From the NCBI GenBank assembly GCA_963845245.1, contig CAWJRJ010000016.1, forward strand, positions 32,001-96,000: a stretch of 64,000 nucleotides of DNA. The letters run 5' to 3'. Positions within the stretch are counted from its first letter, which is position 1. Every line of letters begins with the position of its first letter. The notes beneath the pieces were generated by a model. It was not told where the DNA came from, ran no database searches, and saw only the letters and a program-made list of their open reading frames with translations. Below are positions 50,392-63,317 of the stretch, in pieces. The translations under genes were made by a program, and so were the position numbers. The stretch is from Nitrospirota bacterium. Its GTDB lineage: Bacteria; Nitrospirota; JACRHJ01.

Positions 50392-52062
50392 TTAATGTGC
50401 GTTACCAGTCCGTCGCCTGCGGACGGCACTGTACGGGAACACAAGCGCCGCAAGCGTCACAAGGCTTATGGCCTTTCCCCACATCCTCGGAGGCGTATCC
50501 ATAAACCTAAGCCGGACATAATGCCTGCCAGCCGGGACCTCCATCATTATGGCGCCTGTGCAAGCATCGGAGAATAAACGGCATTCCTGCCCATCTATGA
50601 ATCCACGCCAACCTGGGAACAGGATAGCCTTCAGCCTCAGCGCCGAGCCATCCTTGCCATCGAAAAGAAGCTCTCTGTCGATATAGCCCCAGTTCTTTAT
50701 CTCGGCTGAACCTCTCGTGGCGGTTAACCGGGGGTCATCAAACTTAAGCCTGCCTACAGACTCGGGCGAAGCCGTTGTGGGCAGATATTCCAGCATGTCC
50801 CAGCTTGCACCGATGTGCCCCGCATCTGTCTCGGTTATTGGCTGAAAGGCTTTGATCACCAGCCTGACGTCATAGGTAACCAGAACGAGTACGATGACTG
50901 CGGCTGAGACCGCCATAAGCAAAGGAATCCTTCTTTGAAGCAGCCTGTCGATGGCAGCACCCAACAGGACAGAGACGAAGACTATATATATTGGGACGAA
51001 ACGGGACGAAAAAGCGACAGTGGGAAGGCCCGGCAGGTTCTTCCACAAAGGGGCCGAGAGCGAGGACATCATGAAAAGACAGACAAAAATGGAAGACGAC
51101 AGGAATATAACATCCCGTCCAAAGGCAAGCCCTGTCATGCGCCATGAAAGATAGACGATAGCCAGGGCTATGCCGGTCTCTGCAAGCAGCGAGACCATGA
51201 GGAGGTTTCTAAGCTGCGCTGTAGATTCAAAAGTGTGATTGCCCGTGAGGTTCAGCACGAAGTTGGCGAGGTATGAATATGCGGGGGTGCTTGCCAGCAG
51301 CCCCAGGTGGACATGAGCACGCTCCAGCAGGACCGGCAAGAAGAAGAATGAGGCCAGTCCCATCCCGGCGAGAAGCCCAAAGGCAATCCGAGGCAATACT
51401 TTCTTGGGAGGTGTGCCTGTATATAAAAAAGCAAAGGCGATAAGGAAAGGGGTGAAGATATAGGCGGTCGCAAGGTGGGAGAGTATGAGCGCCGCATAGG
51501 AGAATGCAGTCCCGGCCAGGTATTTCCGGCTGAATGGTCCATCGACCAGCCTTGAGGTAAAGAGGAGCGTCAGCGGCAAGAACGCCTCGGCAAAACGGCC
51601 CGCATAGGTGTTCAGGTAATATAGATTGATTATCCTGCCCGGGATGAGGCAATAGATGATTGCCGCAATGACTGCGGCCCTTTGCCCGAACCGCATCTTT
51701 ACCAGATAAAAAACGGATAACCCGCCGATACATAATGATATCAATTGAAGTATGAAGATGGAAAGAGACGGGCCTATGCCGCATAGACCTAGGATTCCTG
51801 CAAACCAATATACCGCGGGCGAGTAATATACGAATACCGGGGAGCCGTAACCGCCGAAGGATTCGGCCATCCAGCGCGGGTATAATATGCCTTGCCTGAA
51901 AGAGTCGGTAAATTGAAGGATATATTTATGCGTGTATGCCACATCTTCCACCAGTTTGCAGTAATAACCGGGAGAGAAAAGCTGCCACACCACCGCTATA
52001 AAAGCGCATGCGATTATTGCTGCCAGGGGAGGCCAGTTACGGTGCGTGGTTGAAGTATACAC
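50392..52062 (-). CDS. PTPS-related / YfhO-like GT-C membrane protein, copy 3
   Basis: Same motif set. Confidence 0.87.
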   Translation of the reverse strand: MYTSTTHRNWPPLAAIIACAFIAVVWQLFSPGYYCKLVEDVAYTHKYILQFTDSFRQGILYPRWMAESFGGYGSPVFVYYSPAVYWFAGILGLCGIGPSLSIFILQLISLCIGGLSVFYLVKMRFGQRAAVIAAIIYCLIPGRIINLYYLNTYAGRFAEAFLPLTLLFTSRLVDGPFSRKYLAGTAFSYAALILSHLATAYIFTPFLIAFAFLYTGTPPKKVLPRIAFGLLAGMGLASFFFLPVLLERAHVHLGLLASTPAYSYLANFVLNLTGNHTFESTAQLRNLLMVSLLAETGIALAIVYLSWRMTGLAFGRDVIFLSSSIFVCLFMMSSLSAPLWKNLPGLPTVAFSSRFVPIYIVFVSVLLGAAIDRLLQRRIPLLMAVSAAVIVLVLVTYDVRLVIKAFQPITETDAGHIGASWDMLEYLPTTASPESVGRLKFDDPRLTATRGSAEIKNWGYIDRELLFDGKDGSALRLKAILFPGWRGFIDGQECRLFSDACTGAIMMEVPAGRHYVRLRFMDTPPRMWGKAISLVTLAALVFPYSAVRRRRTGNAH

Positions 52063-52086
52063 GGTCTCTCTAAGATGTAAGGTTGA

Positions 52087-53766
52087 TTATCCTTTAACGG
52101 TTCGTCGCATGCGGACCGCCCCGTACGGGAAAACAAGCGCCGCAAGCGTGAGGAGGCTTATGACCTTACCCCATCTCCTTGGCGGAGTATCCACGAACCC
52201 GAGTCGTACGAGATGGCTCCCTGCCGGTACGTTTAAAACTACAGCACCGGACTTGTCCTCCGGTGAAACGGCGGTCTCGCTTCCGTCTACCCACGCCTTC
52301 CAGCCGGGGAACCAGAAGGTCCTCACGCGGAGACTGGCTCCGCCGGGTGATTCGGCCAGGAACAACCTTTCCGTCGCGTCCCATTTTTTTATCCGTGACG
52401 TGAATCCATTGCCTGAAGACAGCAGCGACTGGTCCCGTTTGAGCCCGTCCAAGCCGCCCACAAACACCGCCTTGGGCAGGTATTCCGGGAAGTAGATGTT
52501 TGTGGCAACATTCGCGGCCTCCCGGCTGGTGAATGCGTATGAACGGGCGACAATCACTGCGTCATAGGCGATAAGCACTGCGAACACCACAGCTACAATG
52601 GCGGATAACCCCCTTGGTCTTCCTTGCCAGCCAAAGAACACTGAGAATGCAATCCCGAGCAGCGCCGAAACAAACAGGATGTTAACGGTTTCAAACCTGG
52701 ACGGGAACTGGACGGTTGCCAGGCCTGGGATAGCCATCCACAGGAATGCTGAAAGAGAGGACATCATGAAAAGGCAGACCAGCACAGCCCCGAGATAAAA
52801 ACCGGTTTCTCTATTCAACATCCCGGATGCGCGGCGCCATCCAAGGCGCAGGAGCAGGGCCAGCAGGACGGCTTCCGCTGCAACCGTGCCTGTCAATAAC
52901 GAGGAGAGTTTTGCTTTGTCCGCCGGGATGGGCCTTATTATGAAATCGAAAAGGAAGTAGTCCCCGTAGGCGAACCTTTTCATGAACTGGAGCTGGATGT
53001 TTCCTCCTTCAACAATGACGGGAAGGAAGAAGAATGCAGACAACAGTAGGCCCGCCGCTATCACGAGCGCGGCCTTAGTTACGGTACGCGCGTTCAACCT
53101 TGTGCCTGTGCCGAGAATGCCGTAAGCGAACAGGAACGGGGTGAATATGTAGGCCGTGGCCAGATGTGAGAGGACCAGCGCCGCATAGGAGAAAGACGCG
53201 GCTGCGAGGTTGAGGCGGCCGAACGGCTCCGCCATGTATCTCCTGGTGAAATAAAGAGACATGGGCATGAAGGCCTGCGCGAACCTGCCCGCAGGAGAGT
53301 TGACGGAGTACAGGTCCAGTATCCGCGTCGGGAGAAGCGTATAGAAGAGCGCGGCCGCGAGTGCGGCCTTTGTGCCGTGGTTCTCCTTCACCAGCAGGTA
53401 AAGGAATACGCCGCCGGTGCAAAGCCTAAGTAGCTCCAGGATTGTCTTTGCGGATACGATGTCTAACCCTGCCAGGTTTCCTAGCGCGGCAAGAAGATAA
53501 AGCAGTGGAGAATAAAAGACGAATATGGGAGAACCGTAGCCGTTGAAATCGTCAGGCATCCAGCGCGGCAGAATTATGCCCTGCCTGAAGGATTCCACGA
53601 ACTGGGGGACGTACTTGAACATGATGGCGGCATCGTCGTTGGAGGTCTGGTAGACCGCCGGGAACACGAACTGCCAGCCCATGACAAGCATTGCCGCCAG
53701 GACTATGAGGGCATAGTGGCGCGCGTCACCGGGAAATGGTTTTTTGTTGGGCCGGGTCTTTGGCAT
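52087..53766 (-). CDS. PTPS-related / YfhO-like GT-C membrane protein, copy 4
   Basis: Same motif set; start uncertain (ATG 53766 or the ORF start at 53802). Confidence 0.87.
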   Translation of the reverse strand: MPKTRPNKKPFPGDARHYALIVLAAMLVMGWQFVFPAVYQTSNDDAAIMFKYVPQFVESFRQGIILPRWMPDDFNGYGSPIFVFYSPLLYLLAALGNLAGLDIVSAKTILELLRLCTGGVFLYLLVKENHGTKAALAAALFYTLLPTRILDLYSVNSPAGRFAQAFMPMSLYFTRRYMAEPFGRLNLAAASFSYAALVLSHLATAYIFTPFLFAYGILGTGTRLNARTVTKAALVIAAGLLLSAFFFLPVIVEGGNIQLQFMKRFAYGDYFLFDFIIRPIPADKAKLSSLLTGTVAAEAVLLALLLRLGWRRASGMLNRETGFYLGAVLVCLFMMSSLSAFLWMAIPGLATVQFPSRFETVNILFVSALLGIAFSVFFGWQGRPRGLSAIVAVVFAVLIAYDAVIVARSYAFTSREAANVATNIYFPEYLPKAVFVGGLDGLKRDQSLLSSGNGFTSRIKKWDATERLFLAESPGGASLRVRTFWFPGWKAWVDGSETAVSPEDKSGAVVLNVPAGSHLVRLGFVDTPPRRWGKVISLLTLAALVFPYGAVRMRRTVKG

Positions 53767-53809
53767 TGCTGTATATTGTACTTTAAAAAATGTCTCTGGC
53801 ACAATAAAA

Positions 53810-53845
53810 TAAGTGTATTTTATTACGTGGGAAGCAGATGGGGGG
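53810..53845 (+). repeat. Left imperfect direct repeat of the AT-rich islet
   Basis: TAAGTGTATTTTATTACGTGGGAAGCAGATGGGGGG versus TAAGCGTATTTTATTCATGGGAAGCTGGCGGGGG at 54766-54799. Confidence 0.6.
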
Positions 53846-53896
53846 TTACACTATAACTTCCTTGACCATGAGATATGTTTATGTTCTAATATCATT

Positions 53897-54319
53897 ATGG
53901 AATTACGGGTTGTAATAGAAAAAGACAATGATGCTTTTGTAGCGTACTGCCCTGAACTTCCGGGTTGCCAGAGCTTCGGGCATACCGAGGAAGAGGCAAG
54001 GAAGAACATAGAAGAAGCCGAGAAGCTCTACCTGCGCCCTTCCAGATCGCTCCCTGAAGACGCACGAGATAGTAGTATGAACCCCACGATACTCCGTTCA
54101 CCATACGATGAACTGATTGCAGTGCTAAAAAATGTTGGGTTTGAACTCATAGACCAGGAAGGGATCCATCAGAAATGGCGGCACTCCTATGGCGACATAC
54201 AGATAGTTATTCCCTACAGCAAGGTCGAAACCATACGCCCAAAACTCCTAAAGCAGATTCAGGCAACAGTTCAAGGATGGTGTTATTTGGGCAAATTGCC
54301 TATCCTTGGCAAAGTCTGA
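53897..54319 (+). CDS. In-frame HicB-HicA fusion with replaced C-terminus
   Basis: MELRVVIEKDNDAFVAYCPELPGCQSFG... reads through to ELIAVLKNVGFELIDQEGIHQKWRH; same promoter layout as at 39927 (TTGACC 53862, TCTAAT 53885). Confidence 0.75.
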   Translation: MELRVVIEKDNDAFVAYCPELPGCQSFGHTEEEARKNIEEAEKLYLRPSRSLPEDARDSSMNPTILRSPYDELIAVLKNVGFELIDQEGIHQKWRHSYGDIQIVIPYSKVETIRPKLLKQIQATVQGWCYLGKLPILGKV

Positions 54320-54812
54320 TGATGTAATCCTCGTAACCAAAGATAAAGCTTTTTTTGATAAACGAGAATATAAGAATGGTCTGGCAGCCACACTTTTACA
54401 TGAAGCAAAATCTCAAGGATGCAATATCTCTATTTATAGTAGTCTTACTGAATTGATAAAGGATATCAAAAGTGATGTTCCCGTTAATGAAGAGAAGCTT
54501 TTAGATGCTATCCACAAAGAAACATACGAAAAATTAAAATCACTTGCTGACAGGAACGACTTTTACCTGAAAGATATAACCAGTAAGAAATTTGAATTAT
54601 ACGCAACTACAGATCCGAATGAAGTATCAGTGGTATTTTGTTTAAGGTATGATTTAGAAGATTACAAGCCTGACAGTAGAATAAATCCCTATGCAGAGAG
54701 CAGGGGTGAATTTGTATTAAATATTTCCACATATAATATAAAAAACTTCTTTAATAAGGGAGAGTTAAGCGTATTTTATTCATGGGAAGCTGGCGGGGGA
54801 GAAGGTCTCTAA
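54252..54812 (+). pseudogene. C-terminal remnant of a PIN-domain (DUF4935-like) gene
   Basis: Frame opens after TAA 54249-54251 with QQFKDGVIWANCLSLAKSDDVILVTKDKAFF (last PIN acidic motifs); N-terminal half absent. Confidence 0.6.
54766..54799 (+). repeat. Right imperfect direct repeat of the AT-rich islet
   Basis: Similar to 53810-53845. Confidence 0.6.
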
Positions 54813-54903
54813 TGCACGTAAATTCTAATTTCATGTTGTGGCGTAACGCAAGCATTCATAAGTTGCTTTTTTCCCAGAAAAATCATAAAATATCTTCCTT
54901 TAA

Positions 54904-57592
<2,689 letters not shown>

Positions 57593-57625
57593 AGCCGAAA
57601 AGCCAACTCAAACGGAGGTGACAAA

Positions 57626-57937
57626 ATGGTCTACGATGTCGTGAGGAAGGCGCTTCTTGCAGGGCTTGGGATGCAGGAGAAGGTAAAGGAACTTGTAGAC
57701 GACCTTGTGAAAAAGGGCGAGCTGAACGACGCCGAAGGCGCGAAACTCATGAAGGAGTGGGTGTCGAAGGCGAAGACCTCGTCGCAGGATATATCGAGGG
57801 TGGTCTCGGAAAATATACACATGGGGCTCGACAAGGTGAACATCGCCACAAAGGATGACCTCGACGCCCTGAAGAAGAAGGTGCAGCAACTCTCGGTGCG
57901 GGTCAAGAAGCTTGAAAACGAGGCAGACGAAAAATAG
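57626..57937 (+). CDS. Phasin-like coiled-coil small protein
   Basis: KALLAGLG...VDDLVKKGEL...EGAK...IATKDDLDAL. Confidence 0.75.
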   Translation: MVYDVVRKALLAGLGMQEKVKELVDDLVKKGELNDAEGAKLMKEWVSKAKTSSQDISRVVSENIHMGLDKVNIATKDDLDALKKKVQQLSVRVKKLENEADEK

Positions 57938-57955
57938 GAAGCATTAAATAGATAA

Positions 57956-59653
57956 ATGCCCCTGACATCCCTGATACCCAAGAAGTACCGGAACATAGGC
58001 CGGATAAGCCACATAGTGGCGGTTTTCCTGGGCCACGGGTTCGGGCATTTCATAAGCGAGATGGGCCTCCACCGTTTCCTGCCTTTTGGAAAGCGCTGGA
58101 AAGCGGCCTATGTGCGCGACCACGAGCTGGACACAGTGCCCGTGAGGCTTCGACATGCCTTCGAGGAACTCGGACCCACGTTCATAAAGCTGGGCCAGGT
58201 CATATCAGGCCGTCCAGACCTGATTTCCGCCGAGCTTGCGGAAGAACTCCAGAAACTGCAGGACGAAGTCCCGCCATTTCCCTTCTATGACGCCAAAATG
58301 ATAATCGAGGCCGACCTCGGCGGCAGGCTGGAGGACATATTCGCAAGCTTTGACGAAGTCCCCGTCGCCGCCGCTTCGATTGCCCAGGTGCACCACGCTG
58401 TCCTGAAAGACGGGACCGAGGTCGCCGTGAAGGTGAGGCGGCCCGGGATTGAACGGGAACTGGAGCAGGACATCTACATACTCACTGCCGCCGCTCCCCT
58501 TTTGGAAAGACATTTCCCTGATTTTCGCATATACAACCCGACCGGCGTGGTCGATGAGTTTGCCCGTACCGTAAGAAAGGAAATAAATTTCGAAATAGAG
58601 CTGGACAATGCCGTCAGGTTCGGCGAGAACTTCAAAGACAGCGACACAATAAAAATACCTGAAGTCTATACCGTCTATTCGAGCCGACGGGTCATGACGA
58701 TGGAACGAATATCCGGCATACGCATCAACGAGCTTGGAAAGCTGAACGAGGCCGGGTTCGACAGGGTGGGACTGGCGTTAAACGGCGCGCGCGCGTTCTT
58801 CAAGCAGATATTCGAAGACGGATTTTTTCATGCCGACCCGCATGCGGGGAACATGTTCGTAATGGAGGACGGCAGGATCGGTCTGCTAGACTTCGGTATG
58901 GTCGGGCGGCTGTCCGAGGAGAACATGGAGGTGATAGCAGACACCTTCCTGGCCCTTGTGAACCGCGATTTCGACGGGCTTGTCCAGCAGTATATCAACC
59001 TTGGTTTCGTCTCCGAAGACATGGACCTGGACCGGTTCCGCAAAGAGTTCAAGCGCGACCTGGTCGACCTGATAGACCCGCTCTACGGCAAGGCGATCGG
59101 GCAGATAAGGGTGGGCGATTACCTGGGGCGCGTGACGGAGATAGCGTCGCAGCACGGCATGAGGTTCCCTAAGGAGCTTGTGCTGGTCAACAAGGCGCTT
59201 TTTACGATAGAGGGGATAGGGAGGCAGCTTGACCCCGAGTTGGACTTCCTTGAGGTGGCCAGGCCATATTCAATAAACCTTGCAAAAAAGAAGCTGTCGC
59301 CATCCAGATACCTTAAGAAGGCAAGGAAGAACCTGGAAGAACTATCAAACTTCACGGAGAGCCTGCCCCGCCATCTGCGGGTGATAATAGGCAAGATCAA
59401 ACGCGACGACATAAAGGTGAACATGGAGCTGATCCACCTGGAGCGGTTCATAAAGGAGTTCGACCGCTCGACGAACCGGGTGTCGTTCGCTCTGATAATC
59501 TCCGGCCTGACCATTGCCTCGTCCGTCATAATACATGCCAAGATGGGCAGGTACATGTTCGGCTACCCGGTCCTGGGCCTGACGGGCTATCTTATCGCCG
59601 GGGTACTCGGGTTGTGGCTTGTGTGGGGCATAATCCGCTCTGGCAGGCTGTGA
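57956..59653 (+). CDS. AarF/ABC1/UbiB family kinase-like protein
   Basis: LGPTFIKLGQ, AAASIAQVH, VAVKVRRP, FFHADPHAGN, LDFGMVG, two C-terminal TM helices. Confidence 0.93.
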   Translation: MPLTSLIPKKYRNIGRISHIVAVFLGHGFGHFISEMGLHRFLPFGKRWKAAYVRDHELDTVPVRLRHAFEELGPTFIKLGQVISGRPDLISAELAEELQKLQDEVPPFPFYDAKMIIEADLGGRLEDIFASFDEVPVAAASIAQVHHAVLKDGTEVAVKVRRPGIERELEQDIYILTAAAPLLERHFPDFRIYNPTGVVDEFARTVRKEINFEIELDNAVRFGENFKDSDTIKIPEVYTVYSSRRVMTMERISGIRINELGKLNEAGFDRVGLALNGARAFFKQIFEDGFFHADPHAGNMFVMEDGRIGLLDFGMVGRLSEENMEVIADTFLALVNRDFDGLVQQYINLGFVSEDMDLDRFRKEFKRDLVDLIDPLYGKAIGQIRVGDYLGRVTEIASQHGMRFPKELVLVNKALFTIEGIGRQLDPELDFLEVARPYSINLAKKKLSPSRYLKKARKNLEELSNFTESLPRHLRVIIGKIKRDDIKVNMELIHLERFIKEFDRSTNRVSFALIISGLTIASSVIIHAKMGRYMFGYPVLGLTGYLIAGVLGLWLVWGIIRSGRL

Positions 59654-60084
59654 TGGACAGGGTGCTGGGCCTTGACGTCGGCGACAAGACAATAGGCGTT
59701 GCGGTCTCGGACGGCCTGGGCATTACCGCGCAGGGCGTCACGACGATAAGAAGGCAGAGCTTCGACAAGGACTTCGCGGCACTTGAGAAGATAATAGAAG
59801 AATACGAAGCGGCCCGGATAGTTATCGGACTGCCGAAGATGATGGACGGCACCGAGGCGGTACAGTCAGGGAAGGTAAGGGAGTTCGCAGCAAAGATAGA
59901 GAAGAGGTTTGAATTGCCAATCACCTTTGTGGATGAAAGGCTCTCCACCGCACTCGTTCAGAAGATGATGATCGAAGGCGGCGTAAGGCGGGAGAAGCGC
60001 AGGGAAGTGGTGGACATGCTCGCTGCCCAGATAATCCTACAAAGCTATATCGACAGAAGACGGGCCAGACCGGGCCTGGATTAG
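59653..60084 (+). CDS. ruvX: YqgF/RuvX pre-16S rRNA nuclease
   Basis: LGLDVGDKTIGVAVSD, VIGLP, VDERLST, VDMLAAQIILQ. Confidence 0.95.
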   Translation: MDRVLGLDVGDKTIGVAVSDGLGITAQGVTTIRRQSFDKDFAALEKIIEEYEAARIVIGLPKMMDGTEAVQSGKVREFAAKIEKRFELPITFVDERLSTALVQKMMIEGGVRREKRREVVDMLAAQIILQSYIDRRRARPGLD

Positions 60085-60102
60085 CCTGCAAAGGAATTTT
60101 CA

Positions 60103-60880
60103 ATGCGTTCGTCTTTATTTCTGCGTTTTTATTTCCCCTGTTTTATTATATATCTGCTTTTCCCGTCGCTTTGCGCATACGCGCAGCCGGTTGTCGAGGC
60201 CAATGCAGCGCTTGCCAGTCTGGCGAAATACCGAAGCTCCAGGTGAGCACTGAATGTCTTAAGACAGGGCTGGAGTCGGTCGAGAGGACTGATCAATGGT
60301 TACGATGATGGGTCGGTGGACCCGGGGCCGGATGCGCTGGCGGCAACTGCCTATGCGGCGGACCTGGCCTATCAGGCGACAGGGAACCATCGATACCTTG
60401 ATTTTACCCGAAGGCTTGCCACCCGGCTGATAAATACCCTCGAATCCTCCAGCACTGGCCCATGCGAGGGACGCGCGATGGCAGTGGCGGTCTTGATGGA
60501 CCTTTACCATATAACGGGGTCGGAGGCATACAAGGAAAAGGCACTTAAAGGCTTGAAAGGGCTGCCGGACGACTCGCCTGCCGCGAGAAAATGCCGCGAG
60601 ACCGCCTACGAATTTATAGTCATCGGACCGACCGGAGAGTTCCGGGACGGAGGAATTGCTCAAAAAGTCGTTCATGTTCGAAGAACCGTGCAGGGTAGTG
60701 GTAGTCCTGGAACCGGCAAGGGACAAGGCCAGGCTGGATGAGCTTGGATATGAATACAAGGGGGACCCCGTTTTATATGTCTGCTCCGAGAAGGCCTGTT
60801 TCCCGCCTGTGGCCCCGGGGGAGGGCTTGAAGGGTATCGGCGAGTATATCAGGAAGGCCAGACAGGCGGAGAAGAGGTAA
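60103..60880 (+). CDS. Hypothetical protein resembling the C-terminal part of YyaL/SSP411 proteins (multiply frameshifted)
   Basis: Helical repeats LAYQATGNHRYL and LYHITGSEAYKEKA; terminal LYVCSEKACFPPV. Confidence 0.5.
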
Positions 60881-60982
60881 ATGGCAGCATTTACGAGCTT
60901 TCAGCGCCCCGTCCATTGTTATTGATTTCAATCTGCCGCCCGTGTTATAGTAAACAGATAATTTTATTCAGGAGCAGATAAA

Positions 60983-62057
60983 ATGAAGATGGAATTTATC
61001 CCGAAATGGATCGCATGGGAGGTCACGAGGCGCTGCAACCTGAGCTGTGTGCATTGCAGGTCGGCCTCCGGCATGAACTCCTTCGATACCGCCTTTAATA
61101 CCGACGAGGCGAAGAAGCTGATCGACGACATCGCGTCGTTCTCCACCCCGGTCATAGTCCTCTCAGGCGGCGAGCCGCTGCTTCGGCAGGACCTGTTCGA
61201 GATAGCCACCTACGGCTCCGACAAGGGCCTGCGGATGTGCATCGCCACGAACGGCAGCCTGGTCACCGACGAGATCTGCGAGAAGATGAAGGCCGCACGC
61301 ATAAAGATGGTCTCGATGAGCCTGGACGGCGTCAAACGCCGCCACGCACGACAACTTCCGCGGCCAGCCGGGCGCGTTCGAGGGCGTCAAACGCGCGGCC
61401 GCGCTTTTCAACAAGCACGGCATCGAGTTCCTGATAAACTCCAGCTTCACAAAACGCAACCAGAAGGAAATACCCGACGTGATGAAGGTCGCCAAGGGGC
61501 TGGGCGCGAAGGCCTGGTACATGTTCATGATAGTGCCCACCGGCCGTGGCGAGGAGATAATGTCCGAGCTTATCAGCAAGGAGGACTACGAAGACCTCCT
61601 GAAGTGGCATTACGAGACCGAGAAGAACGAGACGGACATGCTGATGCGCCCGACCTGCGCGCCGCATTATTACCGCATAGTGCCGCAGATGAACAAGCTG
61701 GCCGAAGAGGGCGACAAACTGGAGAGAAGGACGCTGAAGTTCTCCACCGGCGGCTCGAAAGGCTGCCTCGCAGGACAGGTGATATGCCTCATCACGGCCG
61801 AGGGCGACGTGTTCCCGTGCAGCTACTTCCCGCATTCGGCGGGCAACGTGAAGCAGACGCCGTTCAAGGATATATGGGAGAAGTCCCAGCTATTCCAGGA
61901 CCTCAGGGACTTCAAGAAGTACAAGGGCAAGTGCGGCTCCTGCGAATACATAAACGTATGCGGCGGATGCCGCGCGCGCGCCGACGCGATATACGGCGAC
62001 TACCTCGAAGAAGAGCCGTTCTGCAATTACGTGCCATTGAAAATGCAAAAGAAGTAG
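60983..62057 (+). CDS. Radical SAM/SPASM heme-biosynthesis protein, AhbD/NirJ-like (frameshift near 61333)
   Basis: [55 protein letters not shown]...PFC. Confidence 0.85.
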
Positions 62058-62060
62058 ACC

Positions 62061-62155
62061 GTACTTTCTTTTCAGAAGAAAAGAAAGTACCAAAGAAAAA
62101 TCGTTATTTAAAGTCATAGAAGTTTTTGGTGTTACCTTTTTACAAAAAAGGTAAC
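62061..62155. repeat. Pair of inverted REP-like hairpin elements
   Basis: GTACTTTCTTTTC-AGAA-GAAAAGAAAGTAC-CAAAGAAA and TTTTTGGT-GTTACCTTTTT-ACA-AAAAAGGTAAC. Confidence 0.65.
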
Positions 62156-62185
62156 GGTTTTTGTCTTTATCCCCTGGAGTTTTCC

Positions 62186-63224
62186 ATGACCACTGATTAC
62201 AGGTTTTTAAAGGCCTGCCGGAACGAGCCGGTCGACGTCACACCCGTATGGCTGATGCGCCAGGCGGGGCGGTACCTGTCCGAGTACAGGTCGGTGCGCT
62301 CAAAAGTCAGCTTCCTTGAGCTTTGCAAGTCACCGGAGCTGTGCACCGAGGTATCGATCCAGCCGATAGACATACTTGGGTGTGGACGCCGCGATAATGT
62401 TCTCGGATATCCTTGTCCCGATCGAGCCGATGGGCATGAAGCTGGACTTCAACCCCTCGCCGGTCTTCGAGAAGCCTATACGAAGCCAGGCGGACGTTGA
62501 CGCGCTTCGGGTGATAGACCCTGAGGCCGACGTGCCGTACGTCATGGAGACGATAAAGATGCTGAGGCGCGAGCTTGAGGGCCGCGTGCCGCTGATCGGG
62601 TTCTCCGGCGCGCCGTTCACGCTTGTCAGCTACATGGTGGAGGGCGGCGGCAGCAAGAGCTTCATGAAGCTGAAATCCATGATGTGGAACGCGCCGGAGG
62701 TATACAGGAACCTGATGGAGAAGGTCACCGAGACGGTGATAAGGTACCTGAAGGCGCAGACCGTTGCGGGCGCGCAGGCGCTCCAGATATTCGATACATG
62801 GGGCGGCATACTCTCGCCGGGCGATTATCTGAACTTCGTACTGCCATATACGATGCGCGTCATACAGGCGGTGAAGACGCCGGAAGTGCCAATAATAAAT
62901 TTCGTCGGCAACAGCCAGGGTATCATGCCCTTGGTGGCGCAGGCGGGCGGAGACGTCATAGGCGTGGACTGGCGCATAGACATGGCCGAGGCCAGGCGTC
63001 AGATCGGCAAGGACAAGGCGGTACAGGGCAACCTCGACCCGATTGCACTTCTTGCCCACCCCAAAGAGATAGACAAGCGCGTCAAGGAGATACTCATTTC
63101 CGCAGGCGATACCGGCCACATATTCAACCTCGGGCACGGCATAGTGCCGGAGACGCCGCCGGACCATGTAAAGGCACTCGTGGATTCTGTCCACACGCAC
63201 GGCGTGTCGCACAGGGTCAAGTAG
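62186..63224 (+). CDS. hemE: Uroporphyrinogen decarboxylase (frameshift near 62376)
   Basis: [52 protein letters not shown]. Confidence 0.95.
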
Positions 63225-63252
63225 ACCTATCCGGCCGAGCCATCTTATTCAA

Positions 63253-63280
63253 AAGCCCATTGGGACAACCCGATGGGCTT
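63253..63280 (+). terminator. Hairpin after hemE
   Basis: AAGCCCATTGGG-ACAA-CCCGATGGGCTT. Confidence 0.6.
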
Positions 63281-63317
63281 GTTTCTTATATTTTGCAGGT
63301 TTTAAAGAGGAGAACGC

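Noticed and set aside
54791..54812. TGGCGGGGGAGAAGG resembling the reverse complement of a tRNA 3' end (att site)
   Set aside because: No TTCGAA T-loop or cloverleaf follows, and no integrase is nearby.
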